This document shows positions 8,890 through 17,368 of a stretch of 27,660 nt of DNA, piece after piece. The notes under the pieces were generated by a model that was not told the DNA's origin, did no database searches, and saw nothing but the letters and a program-made list of their open reading frames with translations. The stretch covers positions 1 to 27,660 of the forward strand of contig JBMSSC010000022.1 of the NCBI GenBank assembly GCA_049424145.1, written 5' to 3'. The first letter of the stretch is position 1. Each line of letters starts with the position of its first letter. Both the position numbers and the translations under genes were made by a program. Source of the stretch: Bdellovibrionia bacterium. Its GTDB lineage: Bacteria > Bdellovibrionota > UBA1018.

Positions 8890-9108
8890 ATGATGACCCC
8901 TGAGATGGCGGCAAAAGCGGCATTAGCAGTGAGAGCAAAGTTTTCAGTTCCTCATCATTTCAAGCCTTTTCCTTTGTTTGGTCAAACGGCCAAGGCCTTT
9001 TTAGACGCGCTTACAGGTTCACGCGGAAGCGGGACCGTTTTGGTCTCCGAGCCGAGCTTGATTTTCAAAAGAAAAAAAACTGAAGGCAAAGGGGGAGTGG
9101 ATCAATGA
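8890..9108 (+). CDS. Small hypothetical protein (72 aa), possibly translationally coupled to the next gene
   Basis: Strong SD GAGGAGG about 7 nt before the ATG; the stop overlaps the next start (ATGA 9105-9108). No recognisable motif. Confidence 0.4.
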   Translation: MMTPEMAAKAALAVRAKFSVPHHFKPFPLFGQTAKAFLDALTGSRGSGTVLVSEPSLIFKRKKTEGKGGVDQ

Positions 9109-12100
9109 AGAGTTTTTATTCTGGGTTGAGCCGGCGCAAAGGGTTTTGGGCCCTTCAAGTCTTAGTCTTTCTCATTAGTTCGTTTTTTGCCGTCAAGTAC
9201 TACTCGGTTGCCTTTCCGGTGGTGGATTTAAAAATCCAAATGGACCGCACCACGGCTTTGTCCCGAGCTGCTCAGCTAGCAAAAAACAACCACTGGGGGC
9301 CAGAGTCGTTTCGTCAAGCCGTGAGTTTTGATCAAGATCAGCAGCCCCAAACGTTTATTGAACTGACGGCCGGGGGGAGTGCGGCATTCGCCCAAGTGCT
9401 CAAGCAAGAGCGTTTTTCACCTTACACTTGGAAAGTGAGGCACTACCAGCAGGGCGATGTGCATGAGGCCATGATTTGGTTTACCCCGAAAGGAGATCTT
9501 TATGGGTTTCTAAACGCCTTAGGGGAGAACGACCCAGGTCCTGCTCTCTCCTCGGAGAAGGCTCGAGTTCTGGCTGAGCAGCGAGCTCGTCAACTGGGCG
9601 TTCGTCTTTTGGAGTTTGAGCTGGTTGAGCGCTCCCAGGAAGTGAAGCCCAATCAGCGCGTGGATCACACCTTTGTGTATGAGCGCCCCCAGGAGCGCAT
9701 CGGTGAGGGGCGGTACCGCTTGAAACTAGTCGTGGCGGGCGATCAGTTGGTGCGTTTGAAGCACTGGGTTCAGGTTCCCGATGCCTTTGAGCGACGCTAC
9801 GCTGAGATGCGATCCTTTAACAATACGATTGCTTCGATTTCAAGCACGGTCATTTTGCTGGCCTACTTTTTGGGCGCCTGTGGGGTGGGGCTTTTTCTCC
9901 TGGCCAAAGCAGGCCAAGTGATTTGGAAGCCCGCGGCAATTGCAGGAGCAATTCTAGCTGGGTTCCAGGTTTTAGAACAATTCAATCACTTGCCATTGAT
10001 TTGGATGAGTTACGATACCGCGCTACCTGCCTCAGGGTTTTTATTGAGGCAGGCGGTCTCGGCCCTCGGTTTATTCTTCATGGAGTGGTTCATGCTCACG
10101 CTTTCTTTTGCTGCAGCAGAGGGGCTTTCGAGGCGAGCCTTTCCTCATCATCCGCAGTTCTGGAGGCTCTGGAGCTCGGGCAATGCAGGCACGCTGAGTG
10201 TCTTGGGACGCACCCTGGGAGGCTACCTGAGTGTGGGCCTCTTTTTTCTCTTTGTGGTGGCCGTGTATTTATTCGGCACGCGTACTTTGGGGTGGTGGGT
10301 TCCCTCGGAGACTCTGTTTCATCCCGATGCTCTGGCAACTTTGTGCCCGTGGTTCACCTCGCTTTCCAACTCGCTTCATGCGGGGTTTTGGGAGGAGTCC
10401 TTGTTTCGAGCGGTGCCTTTGGCGGGAGCCGCACTCCTTGGGGATCGATTCGGTGGACGAAAAAAATGGATCGCCTTTGCCATGGTGTTTCAAGCCCTCG
10501 TATTTGCCTCAGCTCATGCGAACTATCCAGCGCAACCCTCTTACGCCCGGGTTCTCGAGTTGATCCTGCCATCGTTCTTTTTTGGCGCGCTCTACCTCAC
10601 CTATGGTTTGCTCCCAGGGATTGTTCTGCACTTTACGTTTGATACCGTGTTTTTTGCCCTGCCCCTGTTTTTTGCTCAAACCCCAGGGGTGATCTGGGAT
10701 CAGGTGCTGGTGGTGTTTTTTGCGCTCAGTCCTCTTTGGATTTCTCTGGTCTCGCGCGTGAGGCTAGGGAAGTGGCGGTATTTGTCTCCCCATGAGCTCA
10801 ATTCCAACGCCCCGAGGAATGAGCCTCAGCCCAGCGGTGGGCACCAGGATTCGACGCTCATCCCAGGGGAAGAGGCCCAAGGAGCCTCTCCGATCGGAGT
10901 GAGTCCGCTGAAGTCGAAGGCTCTTCTTCGGTCTTTGAGTCCCCGTTCGGAGAAGGGATGGATTGCCACTGCAGGGGTGTGTTTTCTTTTTTGCAGCTTT
11001 GGGCTTCGCTCTGAAAACCTCAGTCCTCCCCTACTCATCTCACGATCTCAAGCCATCGCTCGGGCTCAGAGCGCCTTGATCCAAAAAGGGGTTCAACTTT
11101 CGCCATCGTGGGAGTCTGCCGCGGGAGTGAGTGCCCAGCTGGATTTGGAAGATCAGTTCGTTTGGAAAACCGCGGGAAAAGCCACCTACCAAAAGCTTTT
11201 AGGCTCGTTTCTCATGCCTCCGGCTTGGATGGTGCGGTTTTTTCGCTTTGATCAGGAAGTGACTGAAAGAGCCAATGAGTTTCAGGTCGCCGTCATCGGC
11301 TCAGGCGATGTGTTTACGATTCGGCATGATTTACCCGAAGAGGACAGTCTCCCTGAGATCACCGAGGAGCAAGCCAAAGCCAAGGCCCTTCAGGCCATTG
11401 GAGATCAGTTTCCGGCTCTCTCCTTGAATCTTGAGTTTCAATCCAGTCAGTCCTTTAAGCTTCCTCATCGAAGGGACTGGACCTTAATTTTTACGGACCG
11501 CTCTGTGGTGCTCCCGCAAGGTGCAGCCCGAGTGGCCGTTCGGATCTCAGGCAATGAGGTCACCTCCGTAAGACCTTTTGTGTTCATTCCTGAACAGTGG
11601 TTGCGCGCCGAGCGCAGTCGCCAGAATCAGATGGGGATCATCCAGATGGTCAGTGGGTTGATCCTGCTCGTGGGAGGGATTGGAGCCATGAGCCTTGCTC
11701 TGCGCGCGTGGCTCAAAACGCCCTGCCTTTCTCGGGGATTTCAGCTTCATTTCTGGCTCCTGTTTGGGATCGAGTGGGTTTTGCTTTTAAGCTCCATTCC
11801 TGCTCAGCGGGCTCAGCTTTTGACGGAAGAGCCTGCATTGAATCAATGGTTGGGTTTTTTCTCTATGGGGGGTGTGAAGGCCCTGGTCTTCTCAGGCGTT
11901 TTAAGTCTTCTTTTGAGTTGGATTGCGCAACAAGAACGAGTGTTGCCTCGGTTTCAACCCGCACAAACAGCTCGGCTGGGATATTCTTTGGGTATTTTAG
12001 GTGCGGCGGGGGTGGGTCTGGGCCTTCGTCGGTTGCCTGAGACGCATCCTCTTATGGCTAAGTTGGATGCTCTGAGAGAGGCGATACCTGGGCTGTTTAG

Positions 12101-12506
12101 TCTTCAGATCTTTGAGCAGTTTTTGATCTCAAGCGTCTTGCTCTCGCTTCTCGGGATGACGCTTCACTGGGTTTCTCACGCTTGGAGCACCCGCCGCGTT
12201 CAGACCCTCGGGGTCTCCCTTCTGCTCTCACTGCTGGTCATGTCGTTTCAGGCCGATGATCTCCTTCATTGGGGATTAGGGGGTGCTCTTTTAGGCCTCG
12301 TTCAGTACGGGATGTTTGCCACCGTGATCCGATCGTCATTGGGGCTGGTTCCCTATGCGTGTGCGGGCGTGTTTGCTCTTCATGGAGTCAAACAGATGAC
12401 CCTTCAGGGATATCCCAGTGTTCTTGGGGTGGAACTTCTGGGGATGTGCCTGATCTTAGGTTTTCTTAAGGCTCGAGAGAGGCTTAGTAAACGATTCGAG
12501 TCTTAA
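9105..12506 (+). CDS. Large CPBP (CAAX protease/Abi) family intramembrane metalloprotease-like protein with duplicated architecture
   Basis: Motifs WEESLFR (EExxxR), FASAH (FxxxH) and LHFTFD (HxxxN/D) in the first transmembrane bundle; many hydrophobic helices; two similar soluble domains; SD GGGGGAG. Confidence 0.85.
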   Translation: MKSFYSGLSRRKGFWALQVLVFLISSFFAVKYYSVAFPVVDLKIQMDRTTALSRAAQLAKNNHWGPESFRQAVSFDQDQQPQTFIELTAGGSAAFAQVLKQERFSPYTWKVRHYQQGDVHEAMIWFTPKGDLYGFLNALGENDPGPALSSEKARVLAEQRARQLGVRLLEFELVERSQEVKPNQRVDHTFVYERPQERIGEGRYRLKLVVAGDQLVRLKHWVQVPDAFERRYAEMRSFNNTIASISSTVILLAYFLGACGVGLFLLAKAGQVIWKPAAIAGAILAGFQVLEQFNHLPLIWMSYDTALPASGFLLRQAVSALGLFFMEWFMLTLSFAAAEGLSRRAFPHHPQFWRLWSSGNAGTLSVLGRTLGGYLSVGLFFLFVVAVYLFGTRTLGWWVPSETLFHPDALATLCPWFTSLSNSLHAGFWEESLFRAVPLAGAALLGDRFGGRKKWIAFAMVFQALVFASAHANYPAQPSYARVLELILPSFFFGALYLTYGLLPGIVLHFTFDTVFFALPLFFAQTPGVIWDQVLVVFFALSPLWISLVSRVRLGKWRYLSPHELNSNAPRNEPQPSGGHQDSTLIPGEEAQGASPIGVSPLKSKALLRSLSPRSEKGWIATAGVCFLFCSFGLRSENLSPPLLISRSQAIARAQSALIQKGVQLSPSWESAAGVSAQLDLEDQFVWKTAGKATYQKLLGSFLMPPAWMVRFFRFDQEVTERANEFQVAVIGSGDVFTIRHDLPEEDSLPEITEEQAKAKALQAIGDQFPALSLNLEFQSSQSFKLPHRRDWTLIFTDRSVVLPQGAARVAVRISGNEVTSVRPFVFIPEQWLRAERSRQNQMGIIQMVSGLILLVGGIGAMSLALRAWLKTPCLSRGFQLHFWLLFGIEWVLLLSSIPAQRAQLLTEEPALNQWLGFFSMGGVKALVFSGVLSLLLSWIAQQERVLPRFQPAQTARLGYSLGILGAAGVGLGLRRLPETHPLMAKLDALREAIPGLFSLQIFEQFLISSVLLSLLGMTLHWVSHAWSTRRVQTLGVSLLLSLLVMSFQADDLLHWGLGGALLGLVQYGMFATVIRSSLGLVPYACAGVFALHGVKQMTLQGYPSVLGVELLGMCLILGFLKARERLSKRFES

Positions 12507-13746
12507 TTGAGGTGGGGAGGGCCTCAATGGCTTTTTTCACCTCCAGCGAGAGCCTTTGGTCCGTATCCAAAACCAGGTAGCCGATCTCAGCGTCTGTGGA
12601 GAGGGACTGGGCTTGAATGTTGGCCCCGAGATCAGAAATAATGCGGTTGATCTCGCGGAGGACTCCGGGCACGTTCTTATGCACGTTTAAGATTCGATGA
12701 CTCTCCGCACTCCAGGGGAGATCCACGATGGGAAAGTTCACCGATCCCGAGGAACTACCGGAGTTTACAAAGCGAATGAGCGCGGCCGGTACCTCGGTTC
12801 CAATATTGGCCTGCGCTTCTTCCGTTGCGCCTCCAATGTGGGGAGTCAAAATCACATTCTCCATGCCCTGTAATTCGGTTAAAAATGTATTGCAGTTGGA
12901 TTCAGGCTCCTCGGGAAAAACATCAATGGCTGCCCCTGCAATGTGTCTGCTTCTTAAGGCCTGAGCTAAGGCCGGAAGATCCACCACCGTCCCTCGACTG
13001 GCGTTGATGAGGTAGGATTTAGGCTTCATCTCGGCCAAGCGCTTGGCATCCATCATTTTAAACGTTTGGGCCGTGGCAGGCACATGGAGGGTGACAAAAT
13101 CACTCTCCCGCAAGAGCTCACTGAGGGTGTTGCAGCCCTTGGCGTTACCCAGAGGGAGTTTGGCGAGAATATCGTAGTAAAGAACCCTCATTCCCAAAGA
13201 CTCAGCCAGGGTGGAAACCTGGGAGCCAATGTGTCCATACCCAATGATGCCCAAAGTCTTGCCGCGGACTTCAAAACAGCCCGTGGAGATTTTTTTCCAG
13301 ATCTTTTGGTGCATCTCGAGATTTCTCTGTCCCAGGCTTCGGGCTAAGACAATGATCTCAGCTAAGGTCATCTCAGCCACACTTCGTGTGTTGCCAAACG
13401 GTGCGTTAAACACGGGCACTCCTCGTGCTTGGGCGGCCTCAAGATCCACTTGATTGGTTCCGATGCAGAAGCACCCGATGCTCAAGAGGCGGTGAGCGGA
13501 GTTCAGTACGCTTTCTGTGATTTGAGTCTTGCTGCGAATTCCTAAGACGTGGACGTCCTTGATCTTCTCTCGCAGCTGGTCTTCGCTTAGGGCTCCCGGT
13601 AAGGACTCCACGTGAAAGCCTTCGGCTTCAAAGGCGTCAAGAGCCAAGGGATGGATGTTCTCTAAGAGCAGCACATGGACCGGATCTTTTAAACCCGGGT
13701 GTGGAAACGAGGTTGTAAAAGAGGGAGAAAAAGGTACTTTACTCAT
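12484..13746 (-). CDS. serA: D-3-phosphoglycerate dehydrogenase (E. coli-type, C-terminal ACT domain)
   Basis: LGIRSKTQIT, IGCFCIGTNQVDL, GIIGYGHIGSQ, LINASRGTVVD, DVFPEEP, TPHIGGATEEAQ, ACT HKNVPGVL. Start set at ATG 13746 to avoid overlap with rsgA. Confidence 0.96.
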   Translation of the reverse strand: MSKVPFSPSFTTSFPHPGLKDPVHVLLLENIHPLALDAFEAEGFHVESLPGALSEDQLREKIKDVHVLGIRSKTQITESVLNSAHRLLSIGCFCIGTNQVDLEAAQARGVPVFNAPFGNTRSVAEMTLAEIIVLARSLGQRNLEMHQKIWKKISTGCFEVRGKTLGIIGYGHIGSQVSTLAESLGMRVLYYDILAKLPLGNAKGCNTLSELLRESDFVTLHVPATAQTFKMMDAKRLAEMKPKSYLINASRGTVVDLPALAQALRSRHIAGAAIDVFPEEPESNCNTFLTELQGMENVILTPHIGGATEEAQANIGTEVPAALIRFVNSGSSSGSVNFPIVDLPWSAESHRILNVHKNVPGVLREINRIISDLGANIQAQSLSTDAEIGYLVLDTDQRLSLEVKKAIEALPTSIKTRIVY

Positions 13747-13766
13747 GGAGTAAAGATAATCAAAAA
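13747..13766. promoter_or_regulatory. Putative bidirectional promoter between serA and rsgA
   Basis: 20-bp gap; plus strand GATAAT (13755-13760) and minus strand TATCTT (13758-13753) overlap, each ending 6 nt before its ATG. Confidence 0.5.
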
Positions 13767-14789
13767 ATGGCACCGAAGTACAGAGGAGATGAAGAGGATT
13801 GGTTGGATCACCCAGGGCGTGGAGGCTCTCAGACCTCTGCTGGTGTGCGTCCAAAAAAAGCCCCCGCCGCTCGTGAGCTCATGCTGCCGCAGTCGGCCGC
13901 CAATGCCACCGTTTCTGAAGTCTTCCCCATGCAGTGTCGTGTGAGATTGGATGATGGGGGGGCTGAGCTCCTCTGCAGTTACCGCCGGGCCAAGGTGGTC
14001 TCCAAGTCCAAGACGGATGCGCGCGAGAGAACTCCCGTGGCCGTGGGCGATCGTGTGCGCGTGGAGCAGAAGGCCTCCAGTGGCGCTGTGATTTCAGGCG
14101 TGTGCATGAGAAAAAATCAGCTCTCTCGACCTGCTCCGGGCCGTGAGCATGGCCGGGTGCACCACGTGCTGGCAGCCAATGTGGATTTGCTGGTGGTAGT
14201 TGCCTCGGTTCGTCAGCCTGAGTTTTCTCCGGGCTTAATCGATCGATTTTTAGTGGCTGCCCAAGCGGAGTCCATCTCCGTGTGTATTGCATTAACGAAA
14301 GCGGATCTCATGACCCCTGGGGACCAACCCTGGGAGATCTACTTGGATCTTGGGGTTCACGTCTTTCCGCTGAGTGTGAAGGTTCATCAGGGAGTGGATG
14401 CGTTTTGCGAGTTTTTAGGCTCAAAAAGAGTGGTGTTTTGTGGTCCTTCGGGAGTGGGAAAAACCTCCCTTCTTCGGGAATTGCTGGGCCAGGATGTGGG
14501 ACAGGTGGGCAGCGTGAATGCCGCAACGGGCAAAGGGCGACACACCACAACAGGCGCCGTGCTCTTTGAGGGGCCTCATTCGGCACAGTGGATTGATACC
14601 CCAGGAGTCAAAGAATTTGGCTTAATTGGGATTGAAGCCCAAGATTTGGCAGCCTTTTTTCCTGAGTTTCAGGCGCTTTCGTGTGAAACCCTCGGGTGCA
14701 GGCATGTGCAGGAGTCCGGGTGTCAAGCGCGAGGACTACCCCGATACTCCAGTTACTTAAAGATCTATCAGTCGCTGATCACCGACTAA
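13767..14789 (+). CDS. rsgA: Ribosome small subunit-dependent GTPase A
   Basis: AVGDRV, AANVD, circularly permuted GTPase motifs TKAD / GPSGVGKTS / GRHTTT / DTPG, Zn motif [14 protein letters not shown]. Confidence 0.96.
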   Translation: MAPKYRGDEEDWLDHPGRGGSQTSAGVRPKKAPAARELMLPQSAANATVSEVFPMQCRVRLDDGGAELLCSYRRAKVVSKSKTDARERTPVAVGDRVRVEQKASSGAVISGVCMRKNQLSRPAPGREHGRVHHVLAANVDLLVVVASVRQPEFSPGLIDRFLVAAQAESISVCIALTKADLMTPGDQPWEIYLDLGVHVFPLSVKVHQGVDAFCEFLGSKRVVFCGPSGVGKTSLLRELLGQDVGQVGSVNAATGKGRHTTTGAVLFEGPHSAQWIDTPGVKEFGLIGIEAQDLAAFFPEFQALSCETLGCRHVQESGCQARGLPRYSSYLKIYQSLITD

Positions 14790-15928
14790 CGCTCAAAGAT
14801 TTCCTTGGCGATGATGAGTCGCTGAATCTGACTGGTTCCTTCGTAGATTTGATAAATCTTGGCATCCCGCATGAGTTTTTCCACTGGGTACTCAGAGGAG
14901 TAGCCATAACCCCCTAAGACTTGCACGGCATCCGTGGTGACTCGCATGACCATGTCGGCAGCAAAGGCTTTGGCAAAGGCGGCAAACTTCGTGTTTCGAT
15001 CGCCTTGATCAATCATCCAAGCCGAGCGCCAGACTAAAAGCCGGGCTGCTTCAATGTCTTTGGCCATATCGGCAATCATGAAGCTGACGGCCTGGTAGCT
15101 GGAAATGGGTTGCCCAAAGGTTTTTCGGGTTTTGGAATACTCAATGGCCTCGGTCATGGCGCGCCGAGCAAGTCCCACGGCCCCGGCTGCTACGGCTGGA
15201 CGCGTGTGATCAAAGGCACTCATGGCAATCTTAAACCCATCCCCCTCCTTGCCTAAGCGGTACTTCTCAGGAATCTTGACGTCTTCAAAGGTGATCCCTC
15301 GCGTGTCGCTTGCCCTTTGGCCTAAGTTCCATTCTTTCTTCCCCACCTTGATGCCTGGGGTGTCAGCCGGCAGAACAAACCCGGACATCCCCTTGTGCTT
15401 TAGCGTGGGGTCCGTATAAGCCAGCACAAAGTACCAGTTGGCCACACTCCCGTTGGTGATCCACATCTTCGAGCCGTTTAAAACGTACTCCGAGCCCACC
15501 TTTTTTGCCGTCGTTCGAATGGCACTGACATCGGATCCTGCTCCAGGCTCAGTCACGCAGTAGGCTGCATGGATTGGTTCTGAGGTGAGTCGTCCTAAGA
15601 ATTCTTTCTTTTGCTCTTCGTTCCCAGCCACAATCACTGGGGCTGCAGCTAAGGCATTGGCTTCCATGGCCGTGGCCACTCCGGTGCACCCATACGCTAG
15701 CTCCTCTGTGATGATGCATCCGTCTAAGACCCCTAGGCCCAGTCCGCCGTACTCTTGCGGTACATGGGTGTTGATCAGTCCTAACTCCCAGGCCTTCTTG
15801 CAAATTTCCTTTGGAAATTCACCGGTTTGATCATGGTGCGCCGCTTTGGGAATGATTTCCTCTTGGGCGAATTTACGAGCGAGTTCTTGAAGTTGCTTTT
15901 GGTCGTCAGTCAGAGAGAAGTCAATCAT
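14786..15928 (-). CDS. Acyl-CoA dehydrogenase (medium-chain-like)
   Basis: [67 protein letters not shown] (catalytic Glu in YEG). Confidence 0.96.
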   Translation of the reverse strand: MIDFSLTDDQKQLQELARKFAQEEIIPKAAHHDQTGEFPKEICKKAWELGLINTHVPQEYGGLGLGVLDGCIITEELAYGCTGVATAMEANALAAAPVIVAGNEEQKKEFLGRLTSEPIHAAYCVTEPGAGSDVSAIRTTAKKVGSEYVLNGSKMWITNGSVANWYFVLAYTDPTLKHKGMSGFVLPADTPGIKVGKKEWNLGQRASDTRGITFEDVKIPEKYRLGKEGDGFKIAMSAFDHTRPAVAAGAVGLARRAMTEAIEYSKTRKTFGQPISSYQAVSFMIADMAKDIEAARLLVWRSAWMIDQGDRNTKFAAFAKAFAADMVMRVTTDAVQVLGGYGYSSEYPVEKLMRDAKIYQIYEGTSQIQRLIIAKEIFER

Positions 15929-15934
15929 GGTTTA

Positions 15935-15962
15935 AGTGTATGTCAACGCCACTAAAAATCAA
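15935..15962 (-). promoter_or_regulatory. Putative sigma70 promoter, likely leaderless acyl-CoA dehydrogenase transcript
   Basis: TTGATT-16 nt-TACACT, then 6 nt, then ATG 15928; no SD. Confidence 0.6.
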
Positions 15963-15986
15963 GGTTTTGGGCTTTCTCCTTTTTAG

Positions 15987-16015
15987 TTGTGCTTTGGGGC
16001 GGATCTCATTAGTTT
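15987..16015 (+). promoter_or_regulatory. Putative sigma70 promoter, likely leaderless RsmB-family transcript
   Basis: TTGTGC-17 nt-TAGTTT, then 6 nt, then ATG 16022; no SD. Confidence 0.55.
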
Positions 16016-16021
16016 GACCCC

Positions 16022-17368
16022 ATGCGAAATCAGAAGAAAGTCAAGTGGACCGTCCAGCCGCGCATGCAGCGGCAGGAGATGGACTCGCCTCCGCCTAAGG
16101 CCAGTCGAGTGGATCAGGCGATGAAGGAATTGTGGGAAAAGCTTTTGACTTCTACCATTCATCTGGACTCAGCGTTATCCCAGCTTCCCCCGAAGCTCAA
16201 AAGTATCTTAGCTCAAATGGTGCCCAGGATTTTACTGAGCCCTGCGTCATTGGCCGAGGCCTTGGGCGTGGGCGTGGCTCCAGGTGAGCCTTGGAGCTTA
16301 GTGGAAACCCCGAGTCTTGCGCGCTGGAGACCGGCTCTTATGATGGCGCAACGACTCTATGAGAGCATGGAGCAAAAGCCCGTGGACGTCACGCCCCTGG
16401 AGTGCGACTTTCCGCCGGAGATGGTTCAGGAGTGGAAAAAAAGCTGGGGTGAAAAACGGGCCTTAGAATTGGTGGAGGTCCTTGCCACTTCAGCTCCCCT
16501 GTTCATTCGCGCAAGCCGCAAGGTGGGTGCACCCGCCGTTTTAGCAACGTTAAAAAAGAAAGATCAGATCCCCGTTCGCGCCCAACTTTGCCAGTTCTCC
16601 CCGGTGGGTGTGGAGCTTGCGGGCTATGCTCCGATCTTAAAGTCCGATGCCTATGCTCAGGGCTGGTTTGAGATTCAAGACGAAGGCTCTCAGTGGATGG
16701 CGCTCTTCACGCTATGGCCTGAAGTCTATGGCGGCCTCCTTCAATCCTCCCCAGGCAAGGTGTCTCAAGTGTCCCTGAAAGGGATGGTGAGGCAGTTACC
16801 GGAGAAGGATTTGCAACTGACGGTTGTGGATGCGTGTGCGGGAGCAGGCGGCAAAAGCTTAGCTCTGGCTGATTTACTCAAAGGGAAGGGACGGGTCTAT
16901 GCCTACGATACTTCGCTTGGTAAATTGCAGGCGTTAAGAAGACGAGCCAAGCGAGCGGGCTTGACGAATATTCAAGTCACCCAGGTGGTCGACATCACGG
17001 CAAGCGATGCGCCTTCTGAGGAGCCGGTGGTGAGCCAGTTTAAGAACCAAGCCGATGTGGTTCTGGTGGATGCTCCGTGCACGGGCTGGGGCGTCTTAAG
17101 ACGCAATCCCGACATCAAGTGGCGCCAGAAAAAAGAGAGCCTCACACGAATGCCTGAGCTGCAGATTCGGATCCTCAGTGAGTACTCCAAGCTCGTGCGC
17201 CCCGGAGGACGACTCGTCTACGGCGTGTGCACGTTTCGTCCCGAAGAGACCACCGACGTGGTGAAGCGCTTTTTGAAAGCGCACCCTGAGTTTCAAGCAG
17301 CACAGGGAGGGTATCTGGGGCCTGGTCCAATGGATGGGTTCTTTATGCAAGCCCTGGTGAAGTCTTGA
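16022..17368 (+). CDS. RsmB/NOP2-family RNA m5C methyltransferase
   Basis: FEIQDEGSQ, SAM-binding DACAGAGGKS, VLVDAPCTGWGVLRRNPD, LVYGVCT, DGFF. Confidence 0.92.
   Translation: MRNQKKVKWTVQPRMQRQEMDSPPPKASRVDQAMKELWEKLLTSTIHLDSALSQLPPKLKSILAQMVPRILLSPASLAEALGVGVAPGEPWSLVETPSLARWRPALMMAQRLYESMEQKPVDVTPLECDFPPEMVQEWKKSWGEKRALELVEVLATSAPLFIRASRKVGAPAVLATLKKKDQIPVRAQLCQFSPVGVELAGYAPILKSDAYAQGWFEIQDEGSQWMALFTLWPEVYGGLLQSSPGKVSQVSLKGMVRQLPEKDLQLTVVDACAGAGGKSLALADLLKGKGRVYAYDTSLGKLQALRRRAKRAGLTNIQVTQVVDITASDAPSEEPVVSQFKNQADVVLVDAPCTGWGVLRRNPDIKWRQKKESLTRMPELQIRILSEYSKLVRPGGRLVYGVCTFRPEETTDVVKRFLKAHPEFQAAQGGYLGPGPMDGFFMQALVKS

Noticed and set aside
8574..8960. Minus-strand GGAACTGAAAACTTTGCTCTCACTGCT resembling a tmRNA tag, and ORFs 8574..8870, 8668..8877, 8686..8886
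   Set aside because: No stop after the tag-like codons and no tRNA-like ends; the ORFs lack convincing RBS or motifs.
9923..10642. 239-aa alternative-frame ORF (and 147-aa ORF at 11597..12040) inside the CPBP gene
   Set aside because: Out-of-frame shadows with Ser/Cys/Arg-rich composition and no motifs.
13747..13854. Longer serA N-terminus from the ORF track
   Set aside because: Overlaps the rsgA start head-to-head; ATG 13746 gives a normal-length SerA.
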